Position numbers and translations under genes: made by a program. This document shows, piece after piece, positions 25,900 through 38,386 of a DNA stretch of 47,288 bases (the first letter of the stretch is position 1; each line of letters opens with the position of its first letter). Location: NCBI GenBank assembly GCA_910592345.1, contig CAJVPI010000165.1:1-47288 (forward strand), written 5' to 3'. Origin of the DNA: Paraglomus brasilianum. Lineage: Eukaryota. The notes beneath the pieces were generated by a model. The model searched no databases. It saw only the letters and a list, made by a program, of their open reading frames with translations, and had not been told where the DNA came from.

Positions 25900-27548
25900 A
25901 CCACTTCGTTATATCCAGGTTCACTGTGACTAAGAACCCCTCCAAAAATATTGAAAATACTGTTGCTTTGAAAACTTTATTGTCGATATGATGCTAGAAT
26001 CAAGCCTGACGAACGGACTTCTATTCCTTGATGCTGATGAGGCTATTGCTACTGAAACGTCGTAGCTAAAGATTCCTCCCTCGCACAAAAGTCAAAATAT
26101 AGTTGATGCTCTACTTTTACAAGGAAATGTCACAACAATGTTGTCAGTTGCGGTTTATTGAAGAGCGAAAACTTCATAATCTTGCATGGTAAACACGCGA
26201 CTGTCTCTGATTTTAATATCATAATGCTTGGGTCGCGCATTCCCAGCATACTGATTATTAGGGTCCGGTTCATTTCATCGACAATCATTTCGCCGACAGT
26301 ACGTTTCACCGACATAAATTTCATCGAAAACCAATGATAAATGCGATAAACAATGTGTCACGTGAAATGACTGTCGGTGTCGATGAAATGATTGTCGATG
26401 AAATAAATGCCTCCCGATTATTATATGGGTCAGTAGAAGTTTGAATTCATACGTTATCTGACTGGTAGAATACGCTGTTGGTTTGCGATCCACCCAACCG
26501 GATAGTAATGCAGCGTGATGAAGAGTTATATATCTCGAGTCAATTATCTTTGCTCGAGGATCTTTCAGGTCCTTTTTCGATCTTTTTACAGTCAATTGAA
26601 CGTACGCCCAGATGGCCTCTTCATATAAGCATTCTGGTATAAATCGCTTATACGGTTTCACCTTTTCGTAAAAAGAATCAGCCGAGATACTAACAAACCG
26701 TACCAAGGGCGTCAGGCTTTCAAGAGCTTGTTTCGCACAATCGAGTCCTCCGGGTTGATTCTCGGCCCATTTGATTAGATATTTCCATACACTGAGTTCG
26801 TCTATCGCGAGTTCGTTAGATTTGATTACACTTTCTATGATTTTCACATCCATAGAGGTAAAGTTTTGGGACTCGAAAAAGTTTTTGGCTTTTGGCTAAT
26901 TTCGTTAATGTAAAACGCCTGAATACATTTCCAGCCCGAGTATCTAAATACTTTCTCTAACGTGTTAAAATCGTTTGTTAGCCATTGATGGTGTTTCCTT
27001 ATAATATGTACCTCGACGATTTTAACGAGTTCTGGGAGTAACAGTTTATCAGCGGCTTGCATTATTTCTACGAGGCATTGAGGTTCAACGTCTCCAAGAG
27101 AGACTACGCCTTCATAGATATACCTATTATACGAGAGTTTACACAACCTAATATTGTTATGATATAGATTCGTCAAACATCAAAATCTGTCAACTTACTC
27201 GTAAAGTTTACTAAATACGGAAGCGAAATGGTCGGTTCACAAAGAGTTATTGGCTTGTATTAGTATGGCGCCATCTATCGGAAAGTGCAGCCTTGAAATA
27301 TGGTGATCTCATTTTTAGGACAGTCGAATTGCTATTAAACGTTTTCACGTCCGTGCCCTTGCCAACCCTGAGACGATGTCATAGTCAGTAATTGCTTAAT
27401 TGTATTTATTATTATTAATAGCCACACAATAATATACACACTTAATCTTGACATCGTTTTCTAACCCTTTAAAAAAAGACACTGTATCATCAAAAAACTT
27501 TTGTCGAGCCTCAGCTTTTGCTGATGAGATTGTTGGATATAGTTGCAT
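25900..27548 (-). pseudogene. BTB/POZ-BACK-TLDc protein pseudogene
   Basis: BTB: DYDIV/RVGKGTDVKTFNSNSTVLKMRSPYFKAALSDRW and YIYEG...AADKLLLPELV. BACK: ELAIDELSVWKYLIKWA...LVRF. TLDc start: IIDSRYI...LLSGWVDRK...YEFKLLL. Several frameshifts, a stop and a MITE insertion. The 3' boundary is approximate. Confidence 0.88.
26261..26415. mobile_element. 155-bp Mutator-like MITE with 8-bp TSD
   Basis: TSD GATTATTA at 26253-26260 and 26416-26423. Imperfect TIRs of ~38 bp begin with GGG and are built from ATTTCATCGACA-type motifs. Confidence 0.88.
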
Positions 27549-28899
27549 TTGAAAAACTGTCAAGTGGGTCTTTTCCTCCCCTTTGACATTTTAACTATGC
27601 CGCAAGAACCTCGCTGACTAATAATCGTCTTTCTCACGAACGAAATGTTTAACTATACAAGTCGGTATATACGTTAATTCGATCGCAGCCCACAATACAC
27701 AAGATCTCATACCAAAAGTTAACAGATCTACGCTACACGATAGTTGCCAGCGTGAGTTTAACGGGTTTAAATTGTTCCGAGCATGGGTGATGACAGAAAG
27801 AGGTAAAGAATGGGCTTGCTCATCTCGTCATTGCCTCAACATTGTTATCTAATTTTGGTATCTGTTGATCGCTTCTAAAAACTTCAGTCAAACAATATGA
27901 CTGAACAAGGTGTATTTCAATATCAGTTGTTATATATTAATTGTTAACATGTCGTCTGCTAGAAGGACCCAAAAAGGATTGAAAAAAAGAAAAAAAGAAT
28001 CGATATGACGTAGATAATAATGCACATACGCAACTACTCTCGCTAATTATAGCTGGTCGTGTTGTCGATCTTACTATGAATAAGTGTTGTGATCTTTTTA
28101 CAGACAGGACATTAGAAAAAGGAATTCAAAGACAAAGAGGCGTTCAATGTTAGTATTTTCGCTATTGTTATCGTGATCTCTTTTGGAATTCAAAATGATT
28201 AGTCGACTCGTATGGAAGGACATATGATTGATTACATTTGAGTGTCACCATTCGGTTTTATTATTATAATCCCGTTAAAATACCTCGTGCAATGGTTGTG
28301 AATAGATAACTTAATCTAAACTTTAACTGCTTGTGGTGTAACAATGGCTCTTCTATTGTTCTTTATGGAAAGTCTGCCACTTAGATTTTCTATGAAGATA
28401 AATAAACGTTCCTCTACAAATTCTTTAGAATATTCTGCCCGATCTGTAACACAGTCGCAGCAGGAAGACTATTTTCGGATCATATTAAACCGTCAGATGA
28501 AACAGTTATTGAGATGAAGTCATCCGAAAAGCCAAATAAGTCAAGGTGTAACTCGTCAATGGAAGCTTCTAATCAACAGAAGACATGAAAGCTATTTTAC
28601 GTCGTTTATTAGATACATCTCGCTTAAACGATCTAATCTTAAAACGATCAAGGATTTGATTTGAGACTTGCTAATATATTCTATGGTGGTTAAGTGCCAG
28701 ATGTTTACTGCGGGTTTATTATTGTGTCAGCAAGCAGCGTTCTTAGAAGTCAGTCGTAATACTATTTCAATTTTCCAAATGATTACTTGTAACCACATGG
28801 AAATGCACACTTGAGATCTTGTGTTGTTAACGATAGATGTAAGCATAATAGAAATAAAATATTGCATTCGTTGTAGTTTGATTTCAGGGACAACAATCC

Positions 28900-28960
28900 T
28901 GATCGGATACATAGCACTCTGATACGGATACATAGCACTCTGATACGGATACATAGCACT
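28900..28960. repeat. 21-bp tandem repeat (TGATACGGATACATAGCACTC) x3
   Basis: Three near-identical adjacent units with no spacers. Confidence 0.95.
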
Positions 28961-30733
28961 TGCACTACAAGTTGCCTCTGCGCGCGCTTCTCATGATCAA
29001 CGACATTTTAAATTGTCTTTTGTCAATAACTATTCTCTCTCACGGTTTACTTGAGCCATGTTAATGTGACACAGCGCTTGCCCTGAACATCACAATCACA
29101 CGTGTGTCTTCTTATGCCGTTGTATTTGTAACATGCTACCAATCAAGAGAACACAGAGTTACACAACAGCCTGCAAATATTTAAAGTCTGAATTAGTATC
29201 CGGGTTATTGAGAATATATCAAGAAGTCTAGGCCAAAACGACTTGGACGTTTCACAGACTAGTTCGAATTTCCAATTTTAAAAATAATGTCAGACTCGCG
29301 AAAAGATTAATGTAGTAGTAATGGAGATGAGGAAAATCACACCCATTTCCGGCTTATCGACACTTATAATATAGTATGTGATCGTATTAATATCCGAATG
29401 CCCCCACATGGTTTATTCGCGCGTCTTGCTCTTTTACTAATTAATTCATAACGAGTTAGTTGATCATCCTACCACATCGAAACGAGTAACCTGGGTGTGC
29501 TAATAACGCTTTACAATGCGAGTTGCAGTAACAAATCAAATAGTTTCTCCTCTCCTCCGATATGTGGTTATATCTCTGAGATCTACTGCGCCTTACTATA
29601 AGAATTCCCAGATCGGTGGAAGAATAGAGTCGCCATTGCAACAGACACTTGTTAATCAGCGAACGCCGGAAATAAAGTCAAATATAGCAGCACAAGAAAA
29701 AATCTGCGCGAACCAAACAGTCGGCCAATGCCCGTCTTTGATGATGAAAAAGATTACAGTGACGACGATTGTAGACACAATTTAGCCGAATTCCTATTTA
29801 TCGTGTGAACTAATAGTGAGCCCATTATTACTCATACGTCCACCCATTGCGATTGTCTCTCTCCACAGTCTTTATTATTCTTTGCTGTGTGCCTGTCTTC
29901 CAAGTATGGCATATCATATTGCCGATTCCACCAAATCAAGAAGTATTCGATCATCTGACAATACAAAGTTTTTTGTTTTCTCCATTTGTCATTTCCTCTT
30001 ATAGCCATATACCTGTATAGCCTTGAATCGTACTATATTGAATGCAGGCGAATTATAAATGGTTTACAGATGCGCAGCAATTAATCACCCTTGAACTAAT
30101 ACTCACCGGGAACAATGCACATTCTCGTATGTCGGCAGTCTTGGTAAAAAAGGGGGGCAATAATGGGGGGTGGGTGGTCATGATGATGATTGCAGTGTAT
30201 CAGTATTCCGGCGTTTAACGGTTACACAGTTGAAGCCTCTTAATGCAAACTCGAACTTCCCATTAACGGCTGCATATGCATTCCCCAAGTACAATAGGAA
30301 ACTCGGCTCATAAATCAATACACCGCCATTGCTCGGTGTTTTTTATACGCCCCCACCGAAGGGGCATATAAATGGATTTCTCTGACTAGTTATACTATAT
30401 AGAGTAAGCTTGTGTAGTTTAGAAATAAACATTATTATGCGCAAATTATGCTTGCTTATGTCTTTGTTGCTTATTAAAAGACGGCATTTATGCGAGGTCT
30501 TTTACGATTTTCCGCTTTTCCATTTTTTCTTCTTTACGCTTGATTCACTTCGTCCTGGTTGGCGAGAAGAAATATTAACTTTGTAAATTATTTTTATAAA
30601 TATAACTTTTTCCCCTTCTCATACACATTATTCCCTTGACACTTTACACTCTGAACACTGCTCAGTATATACAGTATTGTACATTCAATATTTGGACATT
30701 TTATTAATAGCATATATAAATATATCATCAGAT

Positions 30734-32371
30734 ATGGGTTGTCTATGCTCAAGAAACAGAAAAAAACTGGGTGACGAAGAGAAGAACAACGTCAATATCA
30801 ACAACGACGACGAGGACGACAAAAACTACAACACAAACAATACCAATACCAACAATAATAATAGCTCCAACAACGACAAGAGACACAACCACAGCAACAG
30901 CAACAGCAGCAACGGCAGCAGCAGCATTCATAAAAGAATGTCTATACAATTTGAATATATTGATGGAAGACGATATCAAACAAGCATGCCGTACTTTGCT
31001 CCTGTCGATGAGGCTGAAATCGTAAGACAAGATTTGGAGGATACAATGTTGAGGTTATGGTGGGGTAATAGCTTTGGGTCACCCGTGGCAGAAAGGCTCA
31101 ATGGAGAGGGCACGAAGGTGTTGGACGTAGGGTAAGTTACAAGCAAGCAAGCAATGAATACGTAATTCATTACCATGTTACTTGCAATTTCCAATTAATC
31201 GTAACATTTTTTTTTACCTGTTTTTGTAGATGTGGAGCTGGTAAGTTACGGAAGGGATAATGGAACAATTGGGAATGTTGAATACAAGGGGGTTTAAATT
31301 GATTGTTAGACATGAGATGATCGGCGACGATAACGTCATATCTTTTATATCTCGTCGTGTTCACATACTAAAAACATTGTGTAAATAATTGCATTTCGTC
31401 AGGTTCCTGGATGTGTGATCTGGCAATCCGATACCCAAAAACTCTCTTTGTTGGTCTGGACATTTCTCCCATGTTCCCAAGAGATAATCCGACAAATGCC
31501 GCGTTCTTAGAATGGAACATATTAGAAAAGATGCCATTCCCGGATAGCACATTTGATTTCGTACATCAGCGAATGCTCTCGGGAGGAATAACACAAAAGC
31601 AGTGGGAAAATTATATAGTCATGGAACTAGTGCGAATAACCAAACCGAATGGATATGTCGAATTTGTAGAAGCGGATTCAACGTTCTATAGTTCTGGGAA
31701 AGTCACAAGAAGAATCTCCAACGCCTGCAAGTATAATTCATGTGCAATTGAAATTTGAAAGTTTTCAAGAGATCATTATTATCTGACACACGCAAAACCC
31801 CTTTGTTCTTGTAGTAAAACGGCATACAGAGTCGAAAGGTCAGTGTGGATTCATTGGAACACATATTAAAGGAATTTTGGAGAATACCCAACAAGTGACA
31901 AACATAACCCACGACGTAAAGGACATAGTGCTAGGGAATAGAGCAGGGAAGAGCGGAGAAATGGTAAGTAAAATACCATTCGTATGATATGTTTATAAAA
32001 ATCGAAATGAGAAAGTCTGCAAGAAATCATCTCGTTTGTTTGTTTGCTCGCTTATCCATCTGCTGTCTGCTCATCTGTTTGCCTGCTTGCCTGCTTGCCT
32101 GCTTGCCTGATTGCCTGATTGCCCCGTTTGTTTGCTTTGTTTATTTGTTTGTTTACCCAACCACTTTTTTCTCTTAATCACATGTTTATAGGCTCTCCAA
32201 AATATAGTAGAGATGTTGAAATCAATACGTCCCGCTCTCTCCAAGTCCATGGAGATCACCAACAACCACTTTGATGCGCTTGTCGAGACGTTCATGCGGG
32301 AAACAAACGTATACGAGACAATATGGCGAGTACATCGAGTGTACGCTTGTAAAATTGATGCACCTGTATAG
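30734..32371 (+). CDS. Class I SAM-dependent methyltransferase (LaeA-like fungal family); exons 30734-31131, 31230-31240, 31403-31726, 31815-31963, 32192-32371
   Basis: Motifs YIDGRRY, YFAPVDEAE, VLDVG|CGA|GSW (motif I), FVGLDISPMFP, PFPDSTFDFVHQR and ELVRITKPNGYVEFVE. Spliced frame is open to TAG 32369-32371. Confidence 0.92.
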
Positions 32372-32383
32372 GTAATTCACACA

Positions 32384-32426
32384 CCACCGCCACCCCCATC
32401 ACCACCACCACCATCACCACCACCAC
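32384..32426. repeat. (CAC)n-like microsatellite downstream of the methyltransferase stop
   Basis: Imperfect CCA/CAC trinucleotide array. Confidence 0.8.
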
Positions 32427-33069
32427 AACCCTTCTTTGTAGATAGTAATAATATTTTTATATATATTAAAAAAAAAAAAGGATCGAGTGTTGTTTGTTGA
32501 AGATTTATATTAAGGTGACGTAACAATAATACGAACAATGACAATGGACAATAATTACGTCAATTACAAATAATAATTAAGTATGATGAGAAGCAAATGT
32601 AAACTCGAGAATAAACCATGTGAGCGTTCCAGCTGATTTTTTTGTAACTGATGAAATGTGTGTTTGAGTTATATTTGATTCAATATCAGATGAACAAGTT
32701 TTCGGGGATCCCCAGCAAATATGATTGTGTTCTATCCGCCAGATAATTGTTCAGTTTTCTCATTATGGGAGATAGATTAACCATAATTCAGCTATTAGTA
32801 TAATTGGCGAGGGAAGTTCTTCCTTTTCTTGCGGAGACTTTTTGGATCTCACGCTATCATTTGTAGCCAACAATAGACGCCTTACCATTGAAAATGTGAC
32901 AAATGAAAACGTTCCAAAGGTATTTCTGTCGATGTTCCCTGCCATTTTTTATTCCCCATTTCCCCATTTCCCCTGCTAACTACTAACACAAAGAGCCATT
33001 TCGGATTTTTGCACTTGTCATTTTTAAACAAGAATAACAAAAATCATAGTCTGTGAACCTTAGTTTTGT

Positions 33070-33432
33070 CTAAACGTGCTAAACGCGCGGGAATGAGTCA
33101 AAATAACGTGACTAACAATAATTGGATTTTGTTCGCACAGATCACCAGTCTGATTTGCATGAGCAAATTGAGTACAGTATTTCCCAGTTTACCTACACCT
33201 TTGGTAGGAGAGTCCCATGTGAAGGGTGTACGAACGCCAGGTCAGCATTAATAGAACTATCCGCTTGGGTTTCGCGGAGTCGTCTCTCGTAAACTTCCAT
33301 TCATTAGTTTTGCGAATATATGTAAGCTTACAATCGGACGTTATTCTGTGAGGAACAGGCCACCCTACGCGCATATCTCATATGGAGCCTACGCGCGTGC
33401 AATCCCGTGCTTGCATTGAATGAAGCTATTGT
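33070..33432 (-). mobile_element. Miniature internally deleted copy (copy 2) of the IS607/Fanzor2-like element
   Basis: The minus strand has the copy-1 left end (ACAATAGCTTCATTCAATGCAAGCAC, plus a repeat unit) fused to WPVPHRITSDCKLTYIRKTNEWKF (33362-33291) and RuvC-I D/PGVRTPFTWDSPTKGVGKLG (33243-33182, one C missing). The right boundary is uncertain. Confidence 0.8.
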
Positions 33433-36277
33433 TATTGTCTACGAAAACGGTTCTGAAGCTTTGACAACGAGCATACAACTCTCTCGGCAATACCCGGTTC
33501 GTGATGTTGTATACTATTGAATACCCCTGTTTTTTGATTGGTTCTCTTCGTTGTTTCTTTGTCTACGATATTAACAGTAATTTATTATTATTAGTATTAG
33601 GATTAAACCTATATGAGAATCAATGGTCCTATTGAGACAAAGCCTGTTACTGATTCTGTCCCCGAAAATATTGTGTACGAGGGCAGCCAAGATAAAAGTA
33701 TTGGAAAAACGAACAGCAGATAAAGTGAACCCCTGCATGGAAGGATGAGCGGACGCGTTGGATGTCTTTCGGGTAATTTAGGTAAGAAGCCAATAGATTT
33801 CCTCTCCTCTTTTCCGTTATTTGTAGAAATGCCGTCATCATAGTCGATTCAGGTCCCTTTTATTAAATACTTGGACAATTTCTGATATGCAATTTATAGA
33901 TTGGCCAATTTTATACCGTATGGATGGACAGCTGCTTCTCTCAGATAGCAGAATGCGGAGATTCTAGAGAAGGTTTGAACATCAGTTAGCCTAAACCCAA
34001 TGTAAAGACAATTAATCCGAGTTACGTAGAAATGCCCTTAAATTTTCGACAGTAATAAAAATTAACGCAGTTTAGCTTTGATATCGTGCGAGTCATGATT
34101 ATTGGATTTTCCACTTTAAAAACTCGCCGCTTACTTTGTTTGCATGTTCAAGTATTACCCAATGTCCTGATCCCTCGATATATATGTGTAGAGCATTCCA
34201 GACTAGAAAGTATTGCATGAGTCCAGTATAAAAACTTACTTTCATAGTTAAGCTAGTAAAATATTTTGAACAAGTCTGGAATGACATGAGGGTCGTTCAT
34301 GGCAACAATTTTTATAAAGTAATTCTTTATAAATCATCATAACATTCTCGTAATATAAAGCAAGCTATAGCAACATTGTGGAAGACCTTACCATTAGACA
34401 CGTTATAGCTGCTGTATGTGTTTTCGTGCACCTATTTGTTAAAAGTCCAATTAGCTTCTGTTGCGTTTATGATTACAGACGTATATTTATTTACAATTGC
34501 AAGAAAATATTGCTACTTATGCAGCTAAATCATAAATGTATAGTAAATCCCGTTTGGGTTCCTAAAAACCGCATTTATATTATGTAAATTTGCACCTTTT
34601 AGCGTTCAATCGTAGGTGCAACTAAATGAAGGAACGCAAAACTCCAGGGTCACGAATTTACATAGTGACGGGATTTACATAACCAAAATCTATTATTATA
34701 TACTATTAGAGCGGTAATACCATTCTACTGTATACATACTGGAATGTCTCGCATATTTAAGCATTTGACCTAATAATGTAACAGTCCTCTTCGCTCATGC
34801 TGCTTGTCTACACTTACAGTAAACATCTGTCACAGTCAAAACATCCCACTTGTCTAAAATAAGTTATTTTATTTATGAGCTCTCCTTGTAAACTGTTCGT
34901 ATAGTATTTGCCAGGTTTATTTAAGAAGCGTTTTAAAGTTTGTCATTACTATTTAAATCGCAATGATAAAAATCTTGTCTCGACTATGATATATGAGGAA
35001 ACGTGGGTAATATAATAAATTTAATATCACTAGATATTAAAATTGATTATCTAAACTCTTCCCAACATCTTCAATATTCGTGTGAGCGTTTTCTTAATAC
35101 AAGTCTCTTTTTAGAGGATTAAAATTGCCAATTAAAGTTCCAAGAAAAGAATATTCCCAGACTAGATATTGGAAAAATCAACAAAGCCGAATAACAATCC
35201 ATATTGAGAAGGAATTCAATCATTTATGGAAAGTCTTCTTTTCTCTTTCCCTGATATCGTATGTCAGCATGGGCAATATTTACTGTACATTTAAAAATAA
35301 CTAGAACGATCGGCTTTTCGTAATTAAGGCGAATAATATTACGAATAATGGTATATTGTAAGCTGAGCTATAGACATCTATAAGCGAGGGGACAGTTAAC
35401 GTGGGAGCTACAGCATAAATGGTCTACAAAGTTACTATTATTTAATAAAGTTTGATCTCACAAGGTGACAATGGAATATGGTAATATGATTTCGCTCAAT
35501 GAGAATGACTAATGATCATTTGTTTGACTGTTAATTCTTTATAGATCCTTGTGCTTGCGAACAAACCAACATTGGTTACTTTCGTAATTATGTCAACACA
35601 ACACTGTTAAGTTCTCTCGCGATAAATAATGCATACCATTTATTATCCACCGGGCTTGCTCTATTTGCTATCCATGATGCTAATCTTTGTCCAGTTCTTA
35701 ACGTTCGTTCGACATCCCATGCATTCTCTCTACATTCTCTACATTCCTAATTCATGATTCTAGCATTCGATAATATACGTTGGTGGGAAAATAAATAAAT
35801 AAAACATTAGGTTGTAATTAGGCGCGTAATCGACAGCCGTCCGTGCGTTGAGTAGTCCATACGATCAAAAGATAGACAGAGAAGGTTCGATAGAAGTATC
35901 GTGTGATAATAGAATTTCTGTCTAAATGCAAATCATGCGTAAAATTACTTGTGTTTGTGTGAACACTAATTAACTTTTCTCGGATTCTCCTGTTCACTCG
36001 TTGCCTAAAATGAGAGGAGATATTTTAACGATAACACAACGGAATACTCGTTACACATCAGTCGACTCCCTTCTAATGACCCCAACGTATTACTGGAATA
36101 AGTTATCGAGAACGTGGTTCCGAAACCTCAATAAGCATTTACATCAATCACATGGCGAAGTTTAAAAAACAAAAATCCGTCATCTGTTCCTTATATTAAT
36201 ATATCAGATTCTCATAAAAAACACAAGAACCTCAAATCTAACAAGTGACCAGCAACGTCTGCTGTTGTTATGTCATA

Positions 36278-37462
36278 ATGTCGTTACAACCGCATCTTCT
36301 TCCCCCAGCATATTTGCTTAATATGTATAGGCAACCAATGCCTGCTTACCACATATTATCGAATGATCAAATAGGGCATAGCGAGACGTCACCAACACTA
36401 CCCAACGTGCCTCCGATGAAATCAGAGTATGGGAACGCCGGAAGTGGGTATGGAGTCGAGAGATATGAAACTCGAAGCCGAGGACCGGGCAGGCGTATAT
36501 GGAGTCATTCGGAGACCAAGTATTTTCTCAGTATCATGAGAAAATATTACAGTAAAGTGATAGTAGCACCTACGAATAATCAAAAGGGAGAAATTTGGGA
36601 TAAAGTCGTAGAAGAACATAATAAACATTTTGCCGAAAGAACAAAACGTTCTTGTCAGGTATGTTTGGGGATAAGGGGAGAGAGAGACAGAAAGTGGATT
36701 GCATTTCTCGACAATGATTACTCTCCACGATTGTGCATATTATATAGTTACTTGTAACACTTATAATTATAATAATGCTTGGCTGATTAGGCCTACAAGT
36801 CTATACATAATTGTGTGCACATACATGCAGTATGTTTTATTTATTGGAATTAATTTGCCATCCAATAATAAATTAACGATTTTGTACGTTAATTATCAGT
36901 TTCCTTTCTTTTTCTTTTTGATTTGTTCTACTCACTTGTCTGTTGTGTATAGCAACAATGGGATCGTTTGATTGGCCGGTACAGGTCAGCAAAAGGCCCA
37001 CTCCATTTTGAATATGGAGAGGAAGTAAGATCGATTGTAGGGGATGCAGGAAGGCAGCCATCTTACGAGGCTCGTTTAGCAAAACATGATGCTACAGCTG
37101 CTCGTCGTCATTATAATCGCACGGAGGAAGATCTCAACAAACCACCATTAACGCTTGAGCCGCCTCCTAATAACCATGTTACTAACAGTATGTACGATCG
37201 TTACGATTATAATGGAATGTACGGAAGGGCTGGTTCGTCTGTAAAGCGAACGATATCAGCCGAAGAGGAAAACTTACCCCAACGAAAGAGGCAATCTACA
37301 ATAGAGAGACTTTTAGGCTTGCTGGAGAAGCATATTGCAGATGAACAAGAACGGAGATTGATTGAATCTCAACGATGGGACGAGCAGATGCGTCGGATGG
37401 AAGAAATAATTGGGTCCATCAACAAGTTGACGGATGTATTAAAAGAAATAAAGAATAAATAA
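36278..37462 (+). CDS. Trihelix/Myb-SANT-like DNA-binding protein with C-terminal coiled coil; exons 36278-36658 and 36953-37462
   Basis: Three spaced Trp: WSHSETKYFL...IWDKV...RTKRSCQ|QQWDRLIGRYR, then FEYGEEVRSIVG. Basic stretch QRKR and a helical tail (EQERRLIESQRWDEQMRRMEEII). Confidence 0.85.
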
Positions 37463-38386
37463 ACAACAACGAACTGATTATATAACTTTCGTCTCAATCA
37501 ATTAAAGCAAGTTTGCTATATCTATGGTTCGCAAGGTGAGGATCTGCCTTGATAGAAAGATAGATAATAGTTTCAAATAATTGGTTACATACCAAATAAT
37601 CCCCTGTAAATTAGGTTGGTGTCCAATCGACTGTATGGGCTTTTGCAATTGACTTTTTGGACAACTAGTTTATCGCTCATTCTTTGTACACTTGGAATTC
37701 ATTCGTACTCACACGTGGCCAATTACCAGTTTCCTTCTTCGGGCACAAAGTTATTTGTAGAACGGCCGAACCACAAACCACAATCCAGTATTTGTAATCG
37801 GGAATTTATCTGCCAAGTCACACAACCTGCCATGTCGTACAGGCTCAATCATCGGACGCTCAGATTAAGATGCCTACTACTCCATAAACAGGAATACGGA
37901 TGTGCGACCTGGCAGGTAATTCCTGATAATCCCGTAAATCTTACTAAACTTTATTTACGTAACACAAATTAATAACCGTTTTTAATTGATAAATTGCCCA
38001 CCTCGCGCTATCACACAAACAATTCATTCATTTCCTTTCTCCCTTCCGCTCATTATTCATTCTTTTTCCTAACCCTACATCCCCTCCACCACCCTCAACA
38101 TTCCAAGACACTCAAGTGTCATTACCACAATCCTTTTCACCATACCGTCGACAAGGAAACCCCATATTGTATAGACAGCTACCTACACATTGTTTATAGA
38201 GGTAAGAGAGTTAATAAAAACAGAAATTCACAACTTGGACGGGTGCATAGTTATATATGGATACGGAAGGAGAGCCAACAATAGGCAAACCGTTTCCTTG
38301 ACTCGTGTATTGCATATATTATACTTGCCGCACTATTCTAGTTTCCATAATGTAGACTAACGTCCATTTCTTTATAATTCAGAAAA

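Noticed and set aside
26844..26885. Programmed frameshift or single sequencing error joining the two BTB ORFs
   Set aside because: The gene has other frameshifts, a stop and a MITE insertion, so pseudogenisation is the simpler explanation.
28900..28960. Repeat resembling a CRISPR array; ORFs 28727-28954 and 28783-28965
   Set aside because: Adjacent tandem units with no spacers and no cas genes in eukaryotic DNA. The ORFs are by-products of the repeat.
23651..33432. 26-bp inverted repeats 9.8 kb apart, suggesting a giant TIR transposon carrying the BTB and methyltransferase genes
   Set aside because: No TSD. Both are left ends of separate copies of the same element, each followed by homologous Fanzor sequence (WPVPHRIT).
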